Positions 53,801 through 64,000 of a DNA stretch of 64,000 nucleotides are shown here, in pieces; the stretch's first letter is position 1, and each line of letters starts with the position of its first letter. A program made the position numbers and the translations under genes. The notes beneath the pieces are model-generated. The model was not told the DNA's origin and did not search any database. It worked only from the letters and a program-made list of their open reading frames with translations. This DNA is from Blasia pusilla (taxonomy: Eukaryota), in the NCBI GenBank assembly GCA_050084515.1, contig CM114271.1, positions 248,001 to 312,000 of the forward strand, in the 5' to 3' direction.

Positions 53801-56800
53801 AATGAGACTTACTACCAAACAACCAGATTCGCAATTTTCACGAAGGTGAATTCCAATTACAGGCAACACCCATAACTCATACCTGATGTTCATTGCTCCT
53901 CACACATGAAAGGATGATGAAATCTTTCTCTCGGCCCTGAAATGAATCGACACTTGCCACCTGGATATTGGGACATAAAATAGCATTATCAGAACAGCAA
54001 TTATAATTAGATCACCCATCTTGAGTTAAAGTAAAAACAAATCAGTCAAAAACAAACCATGAGAAATGACCAGAATTTACGATAAAAAAATTGTGCACAT
54101 TATTTGTGAACAAATGAATTACTCCACTAACACAGATAATATCCTGCATACCTCAATCTCTTTGTATAATTGCTGTCGCAAGGATCCATTCCTTGCCATG
54201 TGGTTTACAATATAAGCCCGTTGGCCTTCATAAGGGGTGATCACACCAATCTGATCAGAGGTGCAATAATTAGCTCACACGGATATATTTATATCTCAGT
54301 AGAGTGCAAAGCTTCAGTAAAACAGTATCATTGAGGACGGAAACTAACATACCTGACTTGGATTGACTCCACTCTTCAAAAAGGTGGTAACAATCTTTTC
54401 AACATTGGCAGACTCAGTCCGATTCAGGTAGGAAGTACCGCTAGCACTTATTTCTTCTTGTCCCATCTGTTCAGCCATTTATTAGTCACATCAGATCTAA
54501 AAAGCTCAAAAAGCTCATCAACTCTAACTCTACAAATACTCAAAACGAAGGATTACCTGAACATAGAAGAACATAGGCCTATTGGGTACAGGCCATGGAA
54601 AATCAATTCCTTGTGATAACCTCTGGTTCATGGTCACACCATTCTGCAAAGTTCCCTCGTAGAAATTGTTCGAAGGAAACTCTGATAGGCATGGATGCAT
54701 GCGATATTGCACCTGTACATGCCAAAATTACTTATTAGGCTCTCAATATTAGGTATTTTCTAACCATCAACCAGAGAACACAAGATAGCATCATCTCATT
54801 GGGAATTTACAACAAACTTAAAATCTCCGTCACTCGAAGCACAGCCCAATACCAAAGCAGGTCAAAGACACGTAACAGGGCCACCCTCACAACTTACGTT
54901 TACACCCAGTATGACTCTAATGAACTTGGCTCATCTATAACAGATAAGAAAAAGAGTTTGGGTGGCAGTCAATATTATCCAGGGCAAAGGGGAATCCCAT
55001 CCTTCCTACAAACTAAGAATTGGCATAAATGAAGACAGCAAATTTTGCAAGGGAATAAACTTCATGCAAATAACCAAATTCGTGTCAAAACAAACCTCAA
55101 CCTCATCTTCACAGACAAATCTGCAATATCTCTGCAAACAATGTGCTCAGAAAGTCCAGTGAAACAGTGAAAGTACCTGCAACCGAATGGGCTTAACCCC
55201 AAGCAGAACAAGACGTTCAAACAGAGACTGGGAAAGACCAGCACGGGCAGCCTTCTTGCACATAATAACGGGACCTAGCTGGCAATGGTCTCCAACCAAT
55301 ACTACCTGCAACCCACATAAGGAAATATGTCTGTAAAATTGGCCATCATCCTACAAACAGTAATAGCATGAACATTGAATTACAAGCTTAAGCAAAAAGA
55401 TTGATATGATGCAAAGAGTCTCGCAAGTCCAGATGAACCATTTGAATTACATTTACAAGAACTGGAGGATACCAACGCCTCCATGTCGCCTTCACCTCTA
55501 GAGGTAAGAGACAGTTTAATAGTTCTAAAACGAGGCCTTAGGCTAACGCGATCCATACCTGCTTACAACCCAGAACCAGAGGAATAGAACATTCTGGTTC
55601 TGTTGCTTGAGTGGACTCATCTATCAGCACCTGCGTAAAGGCAAGACAGAGTATTTGACTGATGAAACACCTGCAAACCTTAACAGTTTTTGAGCTCTCG
55701 GTTGACATAGCACAGCTTGTGATTCTACAGTCCTGGAAAGCCATTTACTACTGACAGGAGCAGCCTACCCAGTACCTGGGAGTAACTTGTTGAGAGTGAA
55801 TTTAATGCTTTACCTCACGGAACCTGAAATTAGATAGCCGAGGATCACCAGCACCAACACAAGTACAGCAGATAACATCAGCACTCTGAGTGATTTCCCT
55901 TTCAGTTGCTCGTTTCAATGCCTTATATTTCTTCTCATCCGCACTTGAAAGCTCACCTGTTCAGATGGACACTTAGTTCAGTCAAACTTCAACAGTAAAG
56001 TATTAGGTTATTTACATCACAAGGAGGTTACTTTCTATTACCCATGACTAGAAATTTGTTAACCTCCTGCGACCCCTCAATCCCTGAAACTAGGTCACCA
56101 TGCCCAGTCTCCAATTTTCAAAGAATTCAATGAGAATTGAAGTCAAATCCATTGCAGTACCTTGCTCATCTTTCAAGAGTTGGAGTTTGTGTAGTTCACT
56201 TTTGTCAGAAGTATCCAAATGCCTCACCTGTGACAATATCAGAAGGAAAGGACTCAGATCATTGAGCCAAATACCCTAAAAACTGCCTCACAAAAAGTGC
56301 ACTTGACCTGGTAATTTAACTCCACACATCGAGTCAAAAAAACTGTCACTGCATTAAGCTTTACTGTGAGCTCCATCTTTCCTTTTCGTGTGGTAACTCT
56401 GACTCAGAAAAAGTGAATTCAAATTTTGCACAAGGCCTGAACTGCACACCAATAAGAAGCACATTTCCTGTTTTTTCTCCGCAAATATGAAAATTACGGT
56501 TCCCAAATGACTTAATCATACTATGGACCACGAAATACAAAACAGGATCTAAAGTACCTGATAATGCAAAGTGAGATGCTCGACAGGAGAGCTTACGGCC
56601 TCCCTTGATTTGGCACACAATCTCACTACCTGGATACCATGACATCTATAAATTATTAAATGCACAGTCCAAAATAAAAGTCACTGATCATCCCTACAGC
56701 ACTGATAGTTATTATTGCAGCAATCTCCTGCACCAAATCAAGCTAATCAAATAACAAAACCGAGGTATAACAGTACAAAATCTTCATTGCAACCGTTGGA

Positions 56801-59800
56801 GGGATACCTTCAAGCCAGTCGCACTTATCTTCTCCGCCAATTGATCTACTGCCACATTACTCGGAGCACATACCAGGACCTACCAACAGAGGACAGTCAG
56901 TCCCTAAACCTCAATCAAGAACTTCACAAGCAAAGCAAACAGACAACCACGAAAATATGACAATGAAGGTGAAGCATGCAGGTAGTGAGATAACCATTTA
57001 CACAAGTATTTGCTTTCAATTAGGTGAAGTCGAAGGTTTATCTATGGGGAAAAACTGGTCGGATTGATCCAAGGATATATGAACCACAATACCGAATTAT
57101 TCCACCATGGTAAGCCTTGGGTTCTTCAGAGAAGGTCAAGGAAAACATCTGTGTTCTATGAACCAACATTCCACACCCACGCATGACGGCCTTTAACTGA
57201 CAAAATTCATTGCGCTTGTACCTGACCCTGACCCTGCTTTGCAAGATGGTACACAATTGCTGCAGAGGTTACAGTCTTCCCTGTCCCTGGGGGACCCTGA
57301 ATCAGGCTCACTGGCTTTTGCAGCACGCTTTTCACTGCATATACCTGGTAGCACACCACAAAAGCTATAAGGGGGCCAAAGCAAGACAACAAGAAGTGAG
57401 AAGGTTCAACTAAGGGTCATTCTTTGGAACATGACTGCTAGACTATCCTCGGGCACTCAAAAGCCAGCCAGTGGTCCGCACCACATAATCCATATGGCAA
57501 CAACGTGAGGTACCTGCGATGCATTCAGTTCAGGTAATCCAGGTGCTCCAAATCTTCGAGGAAGTGTATTGCGGACAGTCTGAAGTTCCACCTCATGTCC
57601 CAGAAGTCTATGGTAAATGTAACTGCGACAGTAAGATTGCCATGTCAAACCATGGATACAGAAGTAAGAACGCAACACTTCACCATTTACAAGTCCTACA
57701 CCATCCCATGTCAACTATAAATCAGAATTCTAAATAACAAAAAACATATCCCGCTTCTGACCCAGTATGATCTACACAAAATCTCAGTTATCATAACCAG
57801 TGAAAAAAAGGTTCCTGTGACTTTATCAAAGACATATCTCCCAACATCAAGGAATCAAATAATCTGGAAATCAAAATAAAAATTCTTCATTAATCAGCAT
57901 GGTTATGAACCTTAGAGCTACAAGCCCTGATTCTGGAAAAGTGACAAATAAGAGAGAGATCCTTACCCACTGACACTGGTTTCATCAACAGCAAATGTCT
58001 TCATTGCAGCCTGCATCCTATCAAAGCTTGTACTTTTCCAGACAAAGTCCACACTAAAGTTGTGATTCACATCAATAGGAACACCCTAGAAACAACAAGT
58101 AAGACTCCATAAGAATGAATGAACTCGTCCATGGCCCACAGTGACCCGAGCAAGGACTCAAAGAAAAGTATGATAACACTAACTTCCTTGTAAATATGAG
58201 AGGAACAGTAGCATTACGAAGGAAATCTTGCAGATACAGTTGGACGTCTCTCCCTATCTCTTTCACATGTACAATTACAACAGGCACTACTTGAATACAG
58301 TCTTTCACATATGCAAGATAGATCATGCGTACGACTGAAGCTGGATATATCCAATCATTTGATACTCACCTGGCTAGCACGAAGCTCGAGGGCAACCTCT
58401 TCTTGTGCAGTTAGCTTTATCTGCATAAGATCCACAATTTGATCATTGGCACAAAAGCAAACCATGAGGGACAGCCATTCTGAAAAGAAAACCTGAAACT
58501 TGTGAGCAACAGCGAATGCATTCAGTGTCCATTCAACTCCATTTTTTTCCAAAAAGACAAATCCAACCAAATCTTGAAGTCCTCAAGGCTTATACCACAT
58601 GGCCAACGGACTGCCAAGCAGAATGTGTAGAGTCCCCCAGGTAGCGCAATCGCAGTTCATCACCTGGGACAAGACGAAGTTCATTGTCCTCCTGCACAGA
58701 TTATAAATAGAAGAAATCCCTTTCAATTTACGTCAACGAAGATGGGGAAGAACAACCATACCTACAAGCATGTCCCTTAGAGAACAACAAATATAGAAGA
58801 GAAGATACACTACTCACAATCATTCATCTACACATACTTTGCTACCAAATGAGGGTCTATGAACCCAGGAAACTCAGCTTTATAAACAGGTCTGCTAAAT
58901 ATAGACCAAGAATTCAACAACAAACAAACTCACTTCATCTCAGGATAATTGAAGGCAAATATGTTTTGGAGGATGAGTTATTTTATGCAATGATCCCTTC
59001 ACTTGTCAAAGTGACCAATCTTCTTTCTCAGGGAGACATAAACCAAGGATAACTTCAACTAATCATATTTGTGGGCATTATTCCTGGTGAAAATAATAGC
59101 TCTGAGCTAACTGGTGAAGCATGATATCAGCAGGTGAGCGTACCGTAAGAAGTTCGGGCATATACCAATCATTCTTGCCAAAAGTGGAATAGACTCTACT
59201 TGTGATACGTGTGGGCATAGATATGAAACGGCAATCATGCAACAACTTTTGAAATCTCCTTTACCCATTCTGATGCTAATCGGGACTTTCAGCTCTGACG
59301 GTACTAAGGACAGGCTAACCCATTTCGAAAGCAAATTTAAAGCAGAAGAACTATACACTGCATTCATGAAGATTAAGATTACATTAAACATGCACAGACT
59401 CCATCACTATCCACTGGGAAACAAATGAATCAAAACAAATTGGTAAAAGAACTTGAAGGAAGAGAGGGCAGCTGGACCTTGGGAAACACAAAATATGCCA
59501 CACGCTTCTTGTTGAGCCCAACATCCCACCGCACTGTAATGTTATCTTTGCTTTGAGATTCTTTCATCATCTGGGCACAAAGACAAAGACACACATTAAA
59601 CACTCTTCACTATACAAGTCTGACAGATTCTTGACTAACCTTTCTCCATACCAAAAGCAGAAACTATAATTTCTCCTGGTAGATGAGAGGTGTTTTGAGT
59701 CCTTGAAGTAGATAAATCTAGAACACTTGCATAAGCTCTACATGGTATCACACAGGACAGATGAAGACATCTGATTCAGAATAGTTCCATGAAAATCCGT

Positions 59801-62282
59801 GAAATGAGGACTTCTCCAAGCAAGTAAATTGTGCTCTCAAGCACCTCCACTACAACAAGCCTTCATTTCAGAGTGACAAAACACATCCAAAAAAATCAAA
59901 CAGTTATATATTGCAAACCCTAGAATTGAGGCTCACTAACCTTGTCATAATCAGCCTCCAATGTTACAAGGGGTGCAAATACATTTTGGTACTGCAAGCA
60001 ACCACTCCAATAACAGTTAGAAAATTTACCAACATCATGGGTGATGATAAGTGCACCGTGAACATCAAAATCCTCCATAATCCAAGTTCTGGCCAGCCTC
60101 CCCTGTGAGCTCCATATTTTACTAGTCAATAGGTGGAAACTCTCAGCAACAGGCGTATGACTTGACCAACCTGATACGCATCTTCATACTTTAAAAGAAC
60201 CGGTGTTGGTTCATCGTCTACACCAGGCTTCTCCAAGTCCTCCAATGTGGCCTCTGGACTGCTCTTCCAAAGTTCCTCAACTTTATTAATTTGTTGAGCA
60301 CTTATTTGACGGGCTCTGAGCTGTTCTTGCTCTGAAGGAACCTGCCAGGACAGATCCAGATCAGTTTTTCATAAGATCAAGTTGGGTATAATATCTCACT
60401 CTAATGTCCATGGAAAAACTTTATTGAACCCTAACGAATCCTATTACATTCAGCAATTGTTCACTGATGTCAACCTCTTTCTAGCAGTGGCAAACATATT
60501 ACTCAGCGCTTCACGACATCACAATATCACTACTGATTTAAGCCAGGCTCGAAATGTAAGGCTATACTCCACTAGAATAGCCCCACCTAGTCCCCATTCA
60601 ATAGCATACTCGAAAGAAATTAAAATCCAGTCTTCCAAGGCAAAAAATTGTAAAGATGACATCCTGTTAAAGCTAGACCAGCAAATCATCGCATATGGCA
60701 TATTCTCAACACTGAAAGTTGCATCTGCTCTGCCTCAATTGGTGCCACGGTACTTACTTTGACTAGCCATTCTAAGAAGCATCGATCGTCAATCAGGGGT
60801 AGCCATGAACTTAAGTCCCAATTCATGTCCTTCAGTCCATTTACACTCAAGCACGGTTCTCGGCATAACAGCACCACAACACTTTCAGACTTGGCAGGGA
60901 TAAACCCCAACAAGAACACATTTCGACAGCCACAATTATAACACTCTAATATCGTTTCTCCCAGAGGGCTATCTTTGTGAAGGCACACCTCCTTATGCTT
61001 AGCACGAACCTGCAAGATACATAGGAACATTTACTTCACAGCCCACACGAACTAACTAACCCGACTCCACATGAAATTTGCAAATAACTAACCTTAGCAA
61101 GGTCCTATTACTAGAGCCCATGCGGAGCATATAGAGGAAATGCATTCGAATATAGTCATGCCGTGCAAGAAGCCATTAAATCCACACGGAGCCGTCCTAA
61201 GGTCTAAAGTCAATTGTAAACCCAATCTAGAATGCTCGTCCGAAAATATTCCTGTGAAAGTTTTGCCTCAGAAACAAGAATACTCGGAAGCTGATACCTA
61301 GCATTCCTAATTTACATCCAAGACTTAAACCTCAAGTAGTTCACCCGTTCAAAATTTTAGTACCTACGAGAAATAATTGGGGATAAACCTAAGCTTCGCA
61401 TCACATGCAAGGACAGGTCACAGTATTTTGGTCACTAGAATCAGCTCACTTAACTCAGCCCAATGGCCCGCTTGAAGGTAAGCTGGACCAAGAACGGCCG
61501 ATCTATGTCGAACCAGGCGCAAAAACTTGGGCAAGACTATCCGGACGTGCAAAGTGGGTAAACTCCGGCAGGCGTGAAGGAAGAAATGTAGTATTTTCTA
61601 CGGGTAATGGTGAGGCTCGGGGCGCTATCAGAGGAACCAGACAGAAACTGCAACAAAATGGACAAACTCAAAACCTAAAACCCTAAATGCAAAAGAAGAA
61701 CATAACCATAGGAGATGCACCAAAGTGTCAAACCATCCGAAAAGCTCTTGCAAACACAATAGGTTAGCCACGGGCCGATGGACGTACCAAATGGTTCACA
61801 ATATGGGAGCCTGATGTATTTCCACGTGAATTACAAAACCATTTCCTGCACGAGGGAACGTTGCACCGGACTATGCACGCTGGATTATGAATCCCACAAT
61901 ATTTACAGGCATGCTCCGGAAGATCCCTCTTAGAAAAGTCATGAATATCGTCGTCGCCTGGATCATCAAAACTCAACTCGCATATCCCCGACGTTAAGCC
62001 TCCAACTGTAGTCTGGCTACTCGGCTTCGATTCCACCACCACATCCCCTACCGCCTTTATTACCTCGCTTTGCCCTACTACCAAGTCCGAGTTCTCCCCC
62101 GCTACCGGGAGTACCGAGCCATCCGCCCACACAGAGGCCCTCGCTGGTTGGCTCAGCTCTGTGAACTCGGGATAATCGAAATCATCGCCCTGTGTGTTAA
62201 ACTCTAGAAAAGTGTACGCATCATCGTGCGCCTGCGTTGCTGCATCATACAAATTGTGCGCTGCTGCTGCCTGCGTCGCCAT
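50894..62282 (-). CDS. UPF1: Regulator of nonsense transcripts 1 (UPF1), SF1 RNA helicase of NMD; 29 coding exons, ~1267 aa
   Basis: The N-terminus MATQ...[15 protein letters not shown], the CH zinc domain ([17 protein letters not shown]...[12 protein letters not shown]), Walker [13 protein letters not shown] ([11 protein letters not shown]), [27 protein letters not shown] and an SQ-rich tail are all present. Exons read manually, all GT-AG and phase-consistent: 62282-61788, 61009-60758, 60341-60171, 59991-59941, 59570-59478, 58691-58596, 58420-58370, 58085-57967, 57622-57514, 57344-57222, 56879-56808, 56629-56558, 56227-56161, 55956-55814, 55630-55559, 55305-55177, 54712-54557, 54466-54353, 54250-54152, 53960-53883, 53777-53643, 53375-53301, 53023-52873, 52713-52334, 52149-52090, 51908-51837, 51654-51523, 51388-51272, 51013-50894 (TAA). 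Sum is 3804 nt. Confidence 0.97.
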
Positions 62283-64000
62283 CTCCCCGTCCCTGTCTTT
62301 CCTCGCCTTCGCATCCGTTCTTGTCACCTCTCCTTCAAATCTATGGCTATGGCTTCGAGAGCTTCCCACTCAGTCCCCCTACCACCCCCCTCCCTTCCCC
62401 GCAACCACGAAGGCTTTCCGCTGCTTTCCCTCCTCCTCTCTTCCTCCTCCTGTCTTGCCTTCCTCCGGCCTAACCTCGGGTCGTAACCTCAACTTGCTTC
62501 TCGCCCCACCGCTCACTCGTCTACTCATCATCCACCGCCTCTGGTCAGCGACCTACGGACACTTCAAATAAGACTAGTCCTTCGTTCGCCATTAAAGCCT
62601 AGCTCGGATCGTAATCGCGGATTGGGCCGGCCGCTTTGTCATTCGTTTGTTCTCTCTCTCACGTTTGCTTACCGACGGCGGCCTCAAACAAACAAAACGT
62701 GGAAGGTTTCTTTCGGGTAACAGGTCTATGCCAAATACTCCGACAAAACACGCTGGAGTCATACGAACAAATCTACCAATCTATTTCTTTGTGTTCCGTC
62801 CCGCTCTCACACGTGTCTGTTCAAAATATACATTGTGACCTTGAGTGTCACATTTCGGTGATAAAAATCGATCGGTTATTCGCAGAGGGAGCACAGCATA
62901 CAAATACATGTATACTATTAAAAAATCACATTGAAGCTTCTTTACTATTGGATGGAGATCCTCTTGGGAAGTGGATTTGTTAGATTTATTGTCATATTTT
63001 ATTGCATGTGTTTGTATATGCATGAAATTAACACTATAATTAAAAAAGTATGGAGTTAGAGAAACCCTCTTCAAATTGTTGACATATGTCCTTTCAGAAC
63101 TCCTCCCTTGTCGACATATGTCCGATTTAAGAGAAACAAACTAAATTCACATGGCAAGGATTTAATAGATGTCTAGAGTGTCTTTCCCCTCACCCCACTA
63201 GAGCGATCGTAGAGGTAAAAGATGCTAAGAAATCTTCACCTTCACATATGGCGGGCATTATGCATGTCTTGTGATTCCTTAGTTGTGTCGACATGCATGT
63301 ATACCTGTCATATTTATCTATTTATTTATATAAATAACGGAAGCAATCCACACCTTAGCTAACATGTATGTGAGCATTTTTTCATCCACAAATGTATTCA
63401 AATAATTTTGTGAGGTGTCTCAAGAAGGGCTAGGCAATTGCAAGAACTTACCTAGGTTAAGATCACTATCACTTTATACATATGCATAGCACGAGCATTC
63501 TTACTAGTATCCAAAAAAATTGTTTCTACTTCGTCATAGTTTGTTGGGTCATAAGGCAAGGATGGAAACCAAGAATGGCAAGGGAAAAATCCAACACCAT
63601 GCACAAGAGAAGAAATTTCCAAAGTGGAGAATGGAAATCATTTTTTGAGAGGCCATTTTCACACTAATGTTTTTTATTACTATTTTTGGTGTTTTTTGGC
63701 CCTTTTGTTGGTAAGACTTACTAGACAACCTTTCTCATTAATATTTCCTATCAAAAATAGATGAGAGGTGTTTGGACACATTATTTCAATTCTAAATATT
63801 ATTAAGCACGTGAACATTTCCATTTTGATATTTTATGTGCTTTCATCCAATGAAAATATAACATGTGTGTAGCCTTTTGATACATTTCTCTATTTGAGAG
63901 TGTAACATGCGAGAAGCATACGAAAATAACAACAAAGATATTAGTCAACATGCTATGAAAATTCTACAAAAAAATTTATCCATATGTTTAAGTACACCTT

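Noticed and set aside
62283-62369. N-terminal extension of UPF1 in the ORF track
   Set aside because: The track starts at GTG. The first ATG (62282) gives a UPF1-like N-terminus.

Overview
Eukaryotic plant genomic DNA, probably from a non-seed land plant (inferred from UPF1 and repeat style; species not determinable). Positions ~50.9-62.3 kb carry an apparently intact 29-exon UPF1 gene on the minus strand (~1267 aa from my manual splicing). Positions ~1-47.8 kb are a nest of transposable elements. The main feature is four copies (E1-E4) of an unusual Ty3/gypsy-type retrotransposon family, all on the minus strand. Its polyprotein is Gag-2xCCHC-protease-C5 cytosine DNA methyltransferase (DNMT3-like motifs I-X)-RT-RNaseH-DDE integrase-PHD finger. 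The family has no conventional LTRs. It has split direct repeats (sense: L-internal-S-L-S), an internal CA-nn-TG att-like junction, 4-bp TSDs and a PBS complementary to its own repeat (Tf1-like self-priming). This layout fits a 2-LTR circle opened inside one LTR. E3 (20985-31317) is full length and nested in E2 (18784-37838). E1 is inserted in a CRE-like non-LTR element. A truncated Copia element, microsatellites and local repeats are also present. All TE ORFs carry stops or frameshifts. All coordinates and translations were read by eye.
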